A stretch of 64,000 nt of DNA, taken from an uncultured delta proteobacterium. Its GTDB lineage: Bacteria > Desulfobacterota > Desulfobacteria > Desulfobacterales > UBA2156. Shown here piece by piece: positions 30,939 to 41,694 of this stretch. The DNA lies in the NCBI GenBank assembly GCA_963736855.1, contig CAVTQK010000009.1:288001-352000 (forward strand), read 5' to 3'. Within the stretch, counting starts at the first letter, position 1. Each line of letters starts with the position of its first letter. The translations under genes were made by a program, and so were the position numbers. Under the pieces are notes generated by a model, which worked only from the letters and a program-made list of their open reading frames with translations, had not been told where the DNA came from and did no database searches.

Positions 30939-31955
30939 ATGAAATCGCCCATGACTCGAAAAAATTCTTCAACCCTCCTTATCGAACAGGCAAAAGAAGT
31001 TCTTAGGATCGAAGCGGAGGGTATTTTAAGCCTTACTGAAAGGATTGATGATCGGTTTGCGGAGATGGTGAATGCGATCTTTCAGTGCTCCGGCAGGCTC
31101 ATCATCTCTGGAATCGGTAAATCAGGCACCGTAGGCCGAAAGATCGTGGGAACGCTCAACAGCACCGGCACCCGTGCCCTATTTTTGCACCCAGTGGAAG
31201 CCATGCATGGAGACCTGGGCATGGTGAGCAAGGATGATATTTTTTTGGCCCTTTCCAACAGCGGGGAGACGGATGAACTCAATATCCTGATCCCCAGCAT
31301 CCGAAAGATCGGATGCAAAATCATTACCATGACCGGAAATATTTATTCCACGATGGCTAAAAACAGTGACATCGTCATCGACGTCAGTGTACCTAGGGAA
31401 GCCTGTCCTATGGGTCTGGCCCCCACGGCCAGCACCACAGCCCTGCTGGCCGCCGGAGACGCCTTGGCCGTGGTCCTGATCAACAAGAAGCGATTTAAAT
31501 CCAGCGACTTTGCCCGCATTCACCCGGGGGGCAAACTCGGCCAAAGGCTGGCCTGCAATGTGAGACAATTCATGCTCACTGGGGACTCGATTCCCTGTGT
31601 GACCAAGGGGGTGACCATGAAAACGGCCATCGATGAGATCAACCGTCTCCAGCTCGGAGTTGCTCTGGTGGTGCAATCCGACGGGAAAACGCTGGCCGGG
31701 ATCATCACAGACGGAGATATTCGGCGCCGGATTACAAGGGAGGATCGACTTTTGGAGCTTCCCGTGGAAGCGGTCATGACCCAGAACCCCCGAACCGTCG
31801 ATCCCGAATCCCCGGCCTATAGCGCCTTGAATTTAATGGAAAAACACCAGATCACCGTCCTTCCCGTTGTCGACTCGAAAGATCGGATTTTTGGAATCCT
31901 GCACCTCCACGATATCCTGGGCAAGGGTGCCTTTAAATTCAACGACGTCCAATGA
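30939..31955 (+). CDS. kdsD: Arabinose-5-phosphate isomerase, KpsF/GutQ family (SIS + CBS)
   Basis: GIGKSG, EAMHGDLG, SNSGET, EACPMGLAPTAST, HPGG.LG, CBS pair. Confidence 0.92.
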   Translation: MKSPMTRKNSSTLLIEQAKEVLRIEAEGILSLTERIDDRFAEMVNAIFQCSGRLIISGIGKSGTVGRKIVGTLNSTGTRALFLHPVEAMHGDLGMVSKDDIFLALSNSGETDELNILIPSIRKIGCKIITMTGNIYSTMAKNSDIVIDVSVPREACPMGLAPTASTTALLAAGDALAVVLINKKRFKSSDFARIHPGGKLGQRLACNVRQFMLTGDSIPCVTKGVTMKTAIDEINRLQLGVALVVQSDGKTLAGIITDGDIRRRITREDRLLELPVEAVMTQNPRTVDPESPAYSALNLMEKHQITVLPVVDSKDRIFGILHLHDILGKGAFKFNDVQ

Positions 31956-33307
31956 ACGAAAAAGAGAACAACTGCCTCGAAGATCTCGACGATTACCCGG
32001 AAACGGCCATTCCTTTTTTAGGTCCTTGCCGGATCCCTTCTCCCGCACACCGGATGAAAAGAGAACCTTTCAGGAAATGTTTCGTCACGGATTACGACCG
32101 GGTCCTCCTCGACGTCAGTCTAATCCGCGTGGAGACCTTATTCAAAACAGGAGAGCCCCTGGCCGCCTTCGAAATGGCCGGACCGCGTGAGCAGATCTAT
32201 TTCGACCCATCCAAGCTCAAATGTGCCCTGGTGACCTGCGGCGGACTCTGCCCTGGACTCAATGATGTCATTCGGTCCATCGTCCTGGAGCTGTATCACG
32301 GATATGGTGTGGACAACATCTTCGGCATCCGATACGGATTGCGTGGCTTCATCTCCCGCTACGGTCACGACTTGATGCATCTGAATCCTGAGGCCGTAAG
32401 GGGTATCCTGGACACCGGGGGTTCGATTTTGGGCTCATCCCGAGGCCCCCAGCCCATTGACGAGATCGTAGACTGCCTGGAGCGTCTGAACATCGGGATT
32501 CTTTTTATGATCGGCGGAGATGGAACCCTGCTGGCCGCTGCAAAGATTGCGGATACCATTGCCGGGAGAGGACTGAAGATCGCTGTCGTGGGAATCCCCA
32601 AGACCATCGACAATGATATTTTTCTCGTCTCCCGTTCCTTCGGCTTCGACACCGCCGTGGATGTGGCCACTCAAGCAATTCGCGGCGCCCATAAGGAATC
32701 GGAAGGGTATCCCAACGGGATCGGCCTCATCAAGCTGATGGGCCGCTATTCCGGTTTTATCGCGGCCACCGCCACCTTAGCCCAGCAGGAAGTCAACTTC
32801 GCCCTCATCCCGGAAGTGGACTTCGACCTGGAAGGCCGCAGCGGACTCCTCCAATCGCTGGAAGCCCGCCTGAACTCACGTGCCCATGCGGTGATCGTGG
32901 TCGCCGAAGGGGCCGGCCAGAAGTTTTTTGAAGACACTCAAATAGACCAGGATGCTTCCGGAAATATCAAGTTGAAGGATATTGGGCTGTTCTTGAAAGA
33001 AAAGATTTCTGAATATTTTGTTTCCAGAGGAATCGATATTTCGCTAAAATATATCGACCCCAGCTATATGATCCGCAGCCTTCCGCCAAACACCAACGAT
33101 CGGATTTTTTGCAGCGCGCTGGCACGAAATGCCGTCCATGCAGGGATATCCGGAAAAACTCGAATGATGGTGGGGTATTGGAATGATCGGTTTGTCCACA
33201 TTCCCATGAAAGCATCGGCAGGACGTCGAAAGCAGGTTAATCCCCGAGGAGGGCTCTGGCAAAATGTCCTAGATGTCACCGGCCAGGGATCCCTCAAAAA
33301 CCATTGA
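31952..33307 (+). CDS. pfkA: 6-phosphofructokinase (long type, probably ATP-dependent)
   Basis: TCGGLCPGLN, GGSILGSSRG, GGDGT, PKTIDND, KLMGRYSGFIA, IDPSYMIRS. Confidence 0.92.
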   Translation: MNEKENNCLEDLDDYPETAIPFLGPCRIPSPAHRMKREPFRKCFVTDYDRVLLDVSLIRVETLFKTGEPLAAFEMAGPREQIYFDPSKLKCALVTCGGLCPGLNDVIRSIVLELYHGYGVDNIFGIRYGLRGFISRYGHDLMHLNPEAVRGILDTGGSILGSSRGPQPIDEIVDCLERLNIGILFMIGGDGTLLAAAKIADTIAGRGLKIAVVGIPKTIDNDIFLVSRSFGFDTAVDVATQAIRGAHKESEGYPNGIGLIKLMGRYSGFIAATATLAQQEVNFALIPEVDFDLEGRSGLLQSLEARLNSRAHAVIVVAEGAGQKFFEDTQIDQDASGNIKLKDIGLFLKEKISEYFVSRGIDISLKYIDPSYMIRSLPPNTNDRIFCSALARNAVHAGISGKTRMMVGYWNDRFVHIPMKASAGRRKQVNPRGGLWQNVLDVTGQGSLKNH

Positions 33308-33501
33308 ACTATTGCAGCGATCGTACAATTCAAGCTGTCGACTTGAGTCGCCAGTAAAACGCGGCTTCTTCTTAGAAGGAAAATAGGGGCAAACGAATCG
33401 TACGGCTTGAAAAACGACGTCCTCTTTGAAGGCATTGTCATAAGCAGAGCGTTTTGTTATATTTCGAAACTCAAAAAAATAATTAATTAAGAGGATAACA
33501 A

Positions 33502-33897
33502 ATGATGTGGAAAAAATTGAAATGGATAAAATATCTGCCTCTAGTCTTATTACTAGTCCTTTTCTGGTCACTATTAAGAGTCAACAATGTGGTGGACTTT
33601 TCCGGAGGAATCGCGGCTTCGATACTCACTTTGGTCTGCTTTGTGGTTATTGCCATTGAATTTTCAAAGAGCGGGGATATCACTCTTGGTTTTTTCATTT
33701 GGGAAGTCATAACCTCTGTAGCAGCCACCATTGTGGGAACTGCAACCTTTACCTTAATATTTTCCCACAACAGCAGTTTTTACCTGCAGGATGTTTTTAT
33801 GGGTCTTCTGATCCTGTTTGACGCTGTATTCAGTGTCGTAAACTCATTCAGGACCGCCTTAAGGAACTGGGCAGCGTCGATAGGCCCTGGAGCATGA
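33502..33897 (+). CDS. Hypothetical 4-TM membrane protein
   Basis: Four hydrophobic segments; GAGGA RBS; AT-rich. Confidence 0.65.
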   Translation: MMWKKLKWIKYLPLVLLLVLFWSLLRVNNVVDFSGGIAASILTLVCFVVIAIEFSKSGDITLGFFIWEVITSVAATIVGTATFTLIFSHNSSFYLQDVFMGLLILFDAVFSVVNSFRTALRNWAASIGPGA

Positions 33898-34019
33898 CAT
33901 CATTTGAGATAGTCAGAGGCCGTGCGTATTGAGTGTCTAGAGTCCGGGTCGGATTGTAGCGCGTTGCTACAGTCAAAAGGATCCGTTTTTGTGCATACAT
34001 TATCAGCAAGGAGATTCAA

Positions 34020-35096
34020 ATGAAAAAATGGATTTGCATTCTGTTAGTTGCACTGTTCGGGATCGCTCTGCCGGCTATCGCCGCGGATCCTGCTAAGTCT
34101 CCAACCATTCAAGGAAAGATCAAGATCAAGTACAACACTCGGACCCAAATCGATGACGCCGGCGCCCCAAAAGTCGGGGTAAAAGATGTTTACACCATTG
34201 ATATGGCTGTTACCGATACCTTGCTGTACCAGGGTTCCGTGGAATTTCTCCCGCTTATACCGGGGACTCTATCGGCGAAGCAGCCGGCGACCCTTACATA
34301 CAATCTAAATATGCTGGTGCGTAACCCTGCGAATCTTAGTGAAACCCGCTCCGTAGGGAAGTTGGTCGGTGGAGTTCCTATTACCGCCAAAGGAGTTTAC
34401 GAGTATGAATCCGGTACGTTAAGAACGGCTGTGGAATCCATGGGTAAATCGGTTGGTTTTTCCAGCTCTTTCAAGGGAAGTGCCGAAGGGCGTCCCCTGG
34501 GTGAAGCCGGGTTGCTCGAGCGGGCCAAAAATAAGCTTCAAACCATTAAAAAACAAGTTAAGGGAAAAACAATCACCCTGACTTTGACCAACTATGATTT
34601 GATGACTTATAATAGTTTGATACTTGCAGCCGGCCCTTTGAAGAGCTATCCCGATACGACTGTGAACGGACAAATGTTTTATGATCCGGAACGCGGTGTG
34701 TGGTTCTTTAACGGTGTGACTTTGGCCTACGTAGCTGAAGGCAAGAACATCACGGACAAACTCTCCGGTAACATCCGATGGGTGGAAGACCCCCAAAGAA
34801 AAACAAACGGCCTTGGAGAATATCAATTTGATGTCAGATTCAACGAACCGGAAGTGAAAACCACTGAATCGGAGGTTTTTGCAAAGGCAGATGATGAGGC
34901 CGCGTTCTTCTCCACGGACACGAGTTTGGCATGCATGACCGGTACCGCTAAGTATAAAGATACGATGCTCCGGGACACGGTAACGGCTTCTGAAATCGAT
35001 ATTTCTCTCGTCGGCAACAACCTCAACAAGCAACAAGTCGTCAATGCTTTCAAGCTGATTTGGCTGGTCAATATTGTGCCGATGAACGCGGAGTAA
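34020..35096 (+). CDS. Hypothetical secreted beta-rich protein
   Basis: Signal peptide MKKWICILLVALFGIALPAIA; AAGGAG RBS; 358-aa open frame. Confidence 0.7.
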   Translation: MKKWICILLVALFGIALPAIAADPAKSPTIQGKIKIKYNTRTQIDDAGAPKVGVKDVYTIDMAVTDTLLYQGSVEFLPLIPGTLSAKQPATLTYNLNMLVRNPANLSETRSVGKLVGGVPITAKGVYEYESGTLRTAVESMGKSVGFSSSFKGSAEGRPLGEAGLLERAKNKLQTIKKQVKGKTITLTLTNYDLMTYNSLILAAGPLKSYPDTTVNGQMFYDPERGVWFFNGVTLAYVAEGKNITDKLSGNIRWVEDPQRKTNGLGEYQFDVRFNEPEVKTTESEVFAKADDEAAFFSTDTSLACMTGTAKYKDTMLRDTVTASEIDISLVGNNLNKQQVVNAFKLIWLVNIVPMNAE

Positions 35097-35334
35097 TCCG
35101 TTTTATTGTAAGGACCCATCAGGTACTTTAGAGGTTGTTAAGGAGAGGCTCTTAACTTGCTGTTTATGCGGAAGGGCGGAGCCTCTCCAAAAATCGACCG
35201 GGTCGGCATGTCCCTTTATATTCACTTTCATACTCCTTCTCCCTCAGAATATAGCAGCTTATATGCACCTTAACCCTCTTTTCAGTTCTTCTGGAGCATT
35301 ATTAACCCAACCCGGAATAAAGGAGATGTCAACA

Positions 35335-35925
35335 ATGCAGCGATTTCCAACGACACCGACGCGTTTCATCAGCTACCTGAAACGATACGCCGATTTCGGG
35401 TTGTTGATACCCTGGGTTGCTCTGATCCTGCTGGTAGGATTCGGTGCCGTTCCGGCACACGCCCAAGTCTCCCGGACCCCGGATCCGGTGAATGCCTGTT
35501 CTCTTTTGGTTGCTTCGGAGGTTGAAGCGATAATCGGCGGACCTGTCGGCGAACCGAAAAAAACGCATAAGGAACAAAAATCATCCGGCTTCTGGATGTC
35601 CATGTGCCAGTACTATAGCGAAAAAAAAGAGATCAGCGTGGGCATCACCGTTAAACCCCATGGCAAAAAGGTTGACGGTGCGCAAGCATTTACCCAACAT
35701 GAAGCCGATCTCAGGAAAGCACTCGGCAATAATTACAAGATGGAAATCGTGCCGGAAATCGGCGATCGCGCAGGATGGGAAGCAAGCACCAAACAATTGA
35801 CCATCTTTCAAGGTCCTTTAATGGTTATTGTCGGAATTGTCAGCCCAAAACTCGGGGGAAAGGAGGCCTTGGATATGAGCAGCCGTTTTGCTGAAAAGGT
35901 AGTGGTAAAGCTTCCCCGCCAATGA
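35335..35925 (+). CDS. Hypothetical exported protein (ACSLL / C.Y / IGD.A pattern)
   Basis: Hydrophobic N-terminus ending AHA; NACSLL, MCQY, EIGDRAGW. Confidence 0.55.
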   Translation: MQRFPTTPTRFISYLKRYADFGLLIPWVALILLVGFGAVPAHAQVSRTPDPVNACSLLVASEVEAIIGGPVGEPKKTHKEQKSSGFWMSMCQYYSEKKEISVGITVKPHGKKVDGAQAFTQHEADLRKALGNNYKMEIVPEIGDRAGWEASTKQLTIFQGPLMVIVGIVSPKLGGKEALDMSSRFAEKVVVKLPRQ

Positions 35926-36108
35926 TCCCGACATAGACGCCATGACGGTCTGAAAGAGGCAGGCATTTTCTAAAACCCGCCTATGCCCCCAGACATATCC
36001 AGAAAGAAGGATCTCTCTCTGAGACTTCAGCTAAGCAAGGGAGGCCCCTGATAACCTCCAAAATCGGGTCGTCTGAAAAAACCAGATCGTGAACAAGGGG
36101 TCGAAGGT

Positions 36109-37173
36109 ATGAATAACGATACAACCGAAAGATATGATATCGAACCCGGCCAGGATTGGGAAGTGGGCCTCTTCCGGCCGGAGGATGCGGAAGGCGTTGT
36201 ACGCATCTTTCGCTCGGTTTACGGAGATGGGTATCCCGTCAGGACCTATGTTGATTCACAACTATTAACCAAAGAGAATGCCGCCCGCACGATCATATCG
36301 AGTGTAGCCAGGACCCCGCGAGGGGACGTGGTCGGCCACAACGCTTTGTTCAACAGCGCCGCACACCCGGGGACTTACGAGGTCGGGGCAGGGGTGGTGC
36401 ATGCGGCCTACCGCGGAGGAAAAGGGATTTTCACACGGATGGTGGACCACGGCCTGGAAGTGGCAACAACCTTTCCCCAAGTAAACGCCGTATTCGGCGA
36501 ACCGGTCTGCAACCATATTTACAGCCAAAAACTGGTGGACAGGGCGGGTTTTGTTCTTCGGGCGCTGGAGGTGGACCTGATGCCTGCTGCAGCTTTTGAA
36601 AAAGAGGCCAGCGCCGCAGGCCGTGTGGCTGCTTTTCTAGCCTTTAGGACATATCGGCCCAAGCCCCACATGGTCTATCTGCCGGCTGTATATTTAGATA
36701 TTCTCCGTTTCCTCTATGACAATCTGGACGATGACCGGGATTTCCGCTTATCCGAAGATGCGGTCCCTCCCGGTACCGTTTCCGATATCAGGCCTCGGGT
36801 CTTCGACTTTGCCGGTGTGGCACGGGTTGCGGTCCATAAACCAGGGGTGGATTTTTCATCCGAGATGGACGGATTGGAAAGGGAACTCCGGGAAAGACAC
36901 GTTCAGGTGATCCAGATATGGCTGAACCTGGCATATCCCTGGGTGGGAGAGTCGGTCGAGACCTTGAGAAGACGCGGCTATTTCCTCGGAGGCGCGCTTC
37001 CCCGCTGGTTTGACAGCGATGGTCTATTGATGCAAAAAATTCTCAAGAGGCCGGACTGGGAACAAATCTGCTTATACGGTGACCGTGCCGCGGAGATCCT
37101 GAAACAGGTTCTCGCAGACTGGAAACGCAGCATCCAAGAAGAAAATAAACCCTGCAGTTGCATAAAAACATGA
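36109..37173 (+). CDS. GNAT-like acetyltransferase-fold protein
   Basis: VGHNAL, EVGAGVVHAAYRGGKGIF motif-A-like, GYFLGG.LP. Confidence 0.6.
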   Translation: MNNDTTERYDIEPGQDWEVGLFRPEDAEGVVRIFRSVYGDGYPVRTYVDSQLLTKENAARTIISSVARTPRGDVVGHNALFNSAAHPGTYEVGAGVVHAAYRGGKGIFTRMVDHGLEVATTFPQVNAVFGEPVCNHIYSQKLVDRAGFVLRALEVDLMPAAAFEKEASAAGRVAAFLAFRTYRPKPHMVYLPAVYLDILRFLYDNLDDDRDFRLSEDAVPPGTVSDIRPRVFDFAGVARVAVHKPGVDFSSEMDGLERELRERHVQVIQIWLNLAYPWVGESVETLRRRGYFLGGALPRWFDSDGLLMQKILKRPDWEQICLYGDRAAEILKQVLADWKRSIQEENKPCSCIKT

Positions 37174-37294
37174 CAAGGAATAGAAAAAAAGAATGATAAC
37201 AGGGCACTTGGATACGTTTAGGCATGGTTCGCAAATAAACTTTTGGTAACTTCTACAACAAATTAAAAATTTGTCATGTTTTTTACCCGGAGGG

Positions 37295-37393
37295 AAAGCC
37301 GAAAATGCCCCATCTCCTGCGTTGCCAAGGGCTCGCAGTAAAATACTACGGCTTCGCCCTTGGACGCCTTGGATCTGGGACATCCTCGGCTTT
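37295..37393. repeat. REP-like long imperfect palindrome between convergent genes
   Basis: aaagccga/tcggcttt outer stem, ccaagggc/gcccttgg inner stem, gta-aaa-tac apex. Confidence 0.55.
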
Positions 37394-37412
37394 TGCAACA
37401 GCAGGGTAAAGA

Positions 37413-37907
37413 TTACGATCCGTTATTAATATGATTGCACAGGTTTTGTATCCATTCTCCTGCCCAGTGGGTGAGCAGAATCACTATAACACCGATGAAA
37501 AGGTGTTCGCCGATAATTTTCCAGGCAGGCTCATTCTGTGATTTGGCGATCCTGTAGCTTAAAATCGTGAGAATCAGCATGCCCCAAACCAAGCTGATGA
37601 CAATGGCTGTAGAAAGGGGAAAAAAGAACACCGGGACGACAAAAGTCATGGCGAATAAAAATTTGGCTAAAAAAGTCGCCACGGTGGCCGCCCAGACCTG
37701 AACGGGGGTATGCACGTTCTCCGCTTCTTCCGAAACGTGGATTCCCAGAGCATCGGAAAAGGCGTCGGCGATGGCAATCGTTAAGATGCCGGCTAAAACT
37801 ACGACCTTGGAGTGGGTTCCGGAATGAAGCCCCACCATCAGGCCGAGAGTGGTGATGACCGCCGACGTCAGCCCGAATGTAATTCCCTTTCGTAATGAAT
37901 CCTTCAT
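37413..37907 (-). CDS. VIT1/CCC1-family membrane protein
   Basis: FGLTSAVITTLGL, IAIADAFSDALGIHVSEE; about 5 TM. Confidence 0.75.
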   Translation of the reverse strand: MKDSLRKGITFGLTSAVITTLGLMVGLHSGTHSKVVVLAGILTIAIADAFSDALGIHVSEEAENVHTPVQVWAATVATFLAKFLFAMTFVVPVFFFPLSTAIVISLVWGMLILTILSYRIAKSQNEPAWKIIGEHLFIGVIVILLTHWAGEWIQNLCNHINNGS

Positions 37908-37968
37908 GGCGTTTTCCCGGCTTATTAAACCTGCTGCCGCAAGGGATTTCGGTTAAAACGGTGCCGTT

Positions 37969-38244
37969 TCATCCAATCTTCTTTTCCTTGTTGAGGCGGG
38001 CCCTGATGTATGGCCAATGCAGAAAAAGATGGATTCCGATGATGAAAATAAATGCCAGCGCCGTCCACTCATGGACTCCCATCAGGAAATGCCGCAAGGA
38101 AAAGAGAAATCCTCCTTCGCCCCGAAAGCCCCTCGGAAGCAGGAAGGCGTTGATCAGGCCGGTTGTTGCTAAAATTGAGAATAGAACAAAAGACACGATG
38201 TTGACCTGCCAGAGTTTTGCGGCCCTGTTTTTCATATTTTCCAT
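37969..38244 (-). CDS. Small membrane protein, DUF4405-like (cytochrome b-like His pattern)
   Basis: TTGL, VHEW, IHLFLHWPYI. Confidence 0.7.
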   Translation of the reverse strand: MENMKNRAAKLWQVNIVSFVLFSILATTGLINAFLLPRGFRGEGGFLFSLRHFLMGVHEWTALAFIFIIGIHLFLHWPYIRARLNKEKKIG

Positions 38245-38291
38245 TCTCTCATGTTCCTTTCCATATCTTCACGGCAGCGGCTATAGGTCGT

Positions 38292-39656
38292 TCATCCCTT
38301 TTCCTGAAGCCTAACCTCTCCTCCACACCTCTTTCTTCCATTTTTACTCAACAGATTCCGGATGACATCGGCATGCCTTCTGGCGGCTCCCCTGTTCAGG
38401 GCCAGAGATTGACCGGCACGGCAACCCATGGCGCGGGCCTGGTCAGGATGCCGCAACAGGTGAAGCGCTTTTACGGCCAGTTCGTCGATATCCTTGACCT
38501 GGATACCACCGCCGGTTTGATCCAGAATCTCTTTGGCATCCAGGAAATCCTCCATGGAGGGCCCATATAGGATCGGCTTTCCCCACACCGCCGCCTCCAA
38601 TACGTTCTGTCCTCCCGTCGGAACGAGGCTTCCACCGCAAAAGACCACGTCCGCAATACCGTAAACCGACTGAAGCTCGCCGATCGTATCCAGAATCACA
38701 ACCTGGGCCCTTCGCGGAAATCCGCTTCCGAAAAGTTCGGTCCTGAGTTGACATGAAAACCCCCGGGCCCTGACCCTTTGTGCGATATGCCGGACCCGTT
38801 CGATGTGCCGTGGAGCTAAAATGAGCACAGTATTTGGGACCTCACGCACGATTCGGGCATAGGCGCTCAAGACCATGGCATCCTCTTCGCCTCGGATGCT
38901 CCCTGCAATGAATACCGGAGTCTCCTCGGAAATTCCATACAGGGTTCGCATGCGGTTTTTTCCCGAATCAAGGGCATATTCTGTCGGGATATCGAATTTG
39001 GCATTGCCGTGGATCTCAATACGATCCGCCGGGGCTCCCATCAGGGAGATCCGCCGGGCGTCGGACTCCCGGATCATGCTGAAGGCATCCATCCGGGCTA
39101 AAAGGTCTTGCATCAAGGGCCGAATCTTCAGGTATCTATCGATGGACCGGATCGAAATCCGGCCGTTGACCAGTGCTGTTCTGATCCCCATTCGGCAGGC
39201 CTCCATCAGCCAGTTGGGCCACAATTCCGTCTCTACGCACGCCAAGACATCCGGCTGCAGGGAGGCCAGAGCCCGGCGTGTGGTCAATACCAGATCGATG
39301 GGGGCAAATACGCAGGTGGTCCGCGCTTTTAAAGAAGTGCCGGCAATCCGGTTTTCGGCATATCTGCGGCCATGCTCTGTGATGGTGGAAAGAATCAGTC
39401 TGCATCCGGGAACAAGATCCTGAAGGACATGTAAAATGGAAAAGGCAACGCTGACCTCACCCACGGACGCTGCATGGATCCAGATCCTCGGTGCGACGTC
39501 CCCCCGACGATGCAGGTTTTCCGGGTAGTGTCCGAAGCGCTCACTCATCCCGTCGCGATATCGACCGCTCATCCTGGAATAGATCCAAAATGGGGGGAAC
39601 AGGGCAAGGAACAGTCCGGATGTAATCCCGTTATAGGCCATGTGATAGGGATTCAT
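38292..39656 (-). CDS. waaA: 3-deoxy-D-manno-octulosonic acid (Kdo) transferase
   Basis: WIHAASVGE, ETELWPN, NGRIS, GNAKFD, APRHIER, DTIGEL, GGSL..GGQN.LE. Confidence 0.95.
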   Translation of the reverse strand: MNPYHMAYNGITSGLFLALFPPFWIYSRMSGRYRDGMSERFGHYPENLHRRGDVAPRIWIHAASVGEVSVAFSILHVLQDLVPGCRLILSTITEHGRRYAENRIAGTSLKARTTCVFAPIDLVLTTRRALASLQPDVLACVETELWPNWLMEACRMGIRTALVNGRISIRSIDRYLKIRPLMQDLLARMDAFSMIRESDARRISLMGAPADRIEIHGNAKFDIPTEYALDSGKNRMRTLYGISEETPVFIAGSIRGEEDAMVLSAYARIVREVPNTVLILAPRHIERVRHIAQRVRARGFSCQLRTELFGSGFPRRAQVVILDTIGELQSVYGIADVVFCGGSLVPTGGQNVLEAAVWGKPILYGPSMEDFLDAKEILDQTGGGIQVKDIDELAVKALHLLRHPDQARAMGCRAGQSLALNRGAARRHADVIRNLLSKNGRKRCGGEVRLQEKG

Positions 39657-39671
39657 ACATTCTCTTCGTTC

Positions 39672-41672
39672 TCAATGGACTTCGACGAACCGGTCTCCTT
39701 TCACACGGAATGGAAAAAGTCTCTTTATGGCTTCACCCTCGGAGTCGAAAGACGTGGGACCGGTCAAACCCTGGAACCCCGAAAGCCTGAGGATTTCGCC
39801 TTTCAACTGGCTTCGGGAACGGATATGCGGCTTCATGGCTGCTTCGAGAATGATCCGGGTGGTGTCGTAGGCCACGGCTTCCATAAATCCCGGTTTTTCT
39901 CCGTACACGGCCTCAAAGCGTTCCACAAAGGACTTCGTCGGTTCGGAAATGCTGTGCACATTGAAGCCGTCCGTCATCATGGCACCCTGGGCGTACTTCT
40001 GAGCCATATCGAGAAGTTTTTGGGAATGCCAAAGGTTGGTTCCCAAAAGATAAACTTCCCGGATTTCATTGTAGGTAAGCTGTGGCAAAATGAGCCCTGC
40101 TTTATCGGGTGCATCCGGAATGAACAGGGCTTGGAAATCGATGTAGGGAGCACCCTTTTTTCTGAAGCGGACCATCGGAGATGCATGAACCGTCCCGGTT
40201 TCTCCTTGCATCTCCCCTGTTTCAGCATCCACTTGCGGCTTTAATTCCCATTCAGGCACCGCGGTCCGCTCTATTTCATCCGGTACATGGTAATAAAGCC
40301 CTACCAGCTTCTTAATGGGATCCGAGAAATCCGTCTGATCCGCAGAATAGGATTCCACTCCCACCATCGTGCCGCCGTGAGTGATGACTGCATCCCAAAA
40401 AAGGTTCATGAGGGTATCCCCGTAACTTTCTTCGGGGTACAAGACGGCAAACCGGGTCAGTCCCAATTTTTTAGCACAATAGCCCACCAGGGTTTCCACC
40501 TGCATTCTAGGGGTCATGAAGTTCCGGAAAACATAATCCCCGGATTTGGGAATATTCTCTTTTTGCGTCAGCGTGATGATCGGGATCTTCAGCTTCTGGG
40601 CCTCAGCGGCGGCTGATTCAGCCTCGGCGATGGGGCCGATGACTGCGGCTACCCCGGCCTGTACTAACTCTCGAATTCCGGTTTTGGCGCTCTCCGGATC
40701 GGAACGGGTATCCTTAACGATCAATTTCATCTGCGGATGTCCAGGGCCGGTGGAACAGTCGGCCAGGGCCATTTCAATGCCCCTCAAGGCCTTTTTACCA
40801 TAGGTCTGGTAAGACCCGCTGAGGGGCAGGAGACAACCCACCGAATGTCGATCAAAGGCGATGGTTGAAGTCAGCTTCTCCATAAGCACCCGGGCTTTTC
40901 CATCCGGATCGTGCCCAGGATTTCGATCCAGGAAATCCTTGAGGGCATCTACGGCCTCCTCAGAGTTTTCCGAAGCCTCGGCATTTATCCCAAACGCAAC
41001 CACGAGTCGACTCTTCAGGACCGGATCATCGGTGCGCCGCATGAGAATTCGGATGGCATCATTGTCCATCTTTCCAATGGCCTCTTCCATGCGGGAAAGG
41101 ATCTTATCCCGGTCAGACCCGATGGCGGCGGCGTGAAATCCCATCAGGTAATATCCGACGGCGTCGAAAAACAATCCTGAAACAAGATACGTATCTCCTA
41201 AAAGTGTGAAAAGCCGCCTTTGCATTGAATCCGGCAGGTCCTTTAGCAGCAGAGCAGGGGCTTCCCGGATCACCCGATCATAGTTTCCCTTTTGATAATC
41301 GGACTCCAGGACCTCCACCCGGGCCTCCGAAATGAAACGGCTTTCCGGATACGTCTGAATCAGTTTTTCATACGCCAGGCGCGCGGCGTCGGAATCCCCG
41401 AGCATCTTTCTTATTGTCCCGATTCTCATCAAGGCTGTATCCGCATCCGGTTCCCGGGGAAAGCGTTTCATGTAGGATTCAAAGGCCACCAGTGATTCCG
41501 GATAGGATCCGGATTCAAACAGATTTTCGGCTTTCTGGAATAGGTTGTGCCCGGTCCCTTCAGCCGGCGGAGTTCTTTTGGCCGGTTCGACCGGAATCAC
41601 CACTTTTTGCATGCAACCCGAAAGCAAAAATGCCAAAAAAAGGATCCCCCAGGTCAGCCGTCCAAAAATCAT
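39672..41672 (-). CDS. TPR-containing lipoprotein with periplasmic-binding-protein type 1 domain (LpoA/LppC-like)
   Basis: Lipobox LLSGC, TPR repeats, GCLLPLSG, IGPI, FQALFIPD, GLTG. Confidence 0.8.
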   Translation of the reverse strand: MIFGRLTWGILFLAFLLSGCMQKVVIPVEPAKRTPPAEGTGHNLFQKAENLFESGSYPESLVAFESYMKRFPREPDADTALMRIGTIRKMLGDSDAARLAYEKLIQTYPESRFISEARVEVLESDYQKGNYDRVIREAPALLLKDLPDSMQRRLFTLLGDTYLVSGLFFDAVGYYLMGFHAAAIGSDRDKILSRMEEAIGKMDNDAIRILMRRTDDPVLKSRLVVAFGINAEASENSEEAVDALKDFLDRNPGHDPDGKARVLMEKLTSTIAFDRHSVGCLLPLSGSYQTYGKKALRGIEMALADCSTGPGHPQMKLIVKDTRSDPESAKTGIRELVQAGVAAVIGPIAEAESAAAEAQKLKIPIITLTQKENIPKSGDYVFRNFMTPRMQVETLVGYCAKKLGLTRFAVLYPEESYGDTLMNLFWDAVITHGGTMVGVESYSADQTDFSDPIKKLVGLYYHVPDEIERTAVPEWELKPQVDAETGEMQGETGTVHASPMVRFRKKGAPYIDFQALFIPDAPDKAGLILPQLTYNEIREVYLLGTNLWHSQKLLDMAQKYAQGAMMTDGFNVHSISEPTKSFVERFEAVYGEKPGFMEAVAYDTTRIILEAAMKPHIRSRSQLKGEILRLSGFQGLTGPTSFDSEGEAIKRLFPFRVKGDRFVEVH

Positions 41673-41694
41673 TTCCTTTTCGTTTCGAAGCCGG

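Noticed and set aside
33380..33430. ggggcaaac resembling the start of a c-di-GMP-I riboswitch
   Set aside because: No GNRA-capped stem or GCAAAGC/receptor elements follow
37150..37220. Possible Sec read-through at the TGA ending the GNAT-like gene (CSCIKT*)
   Set aside because: No hairpin downstream and only a short featureless extension
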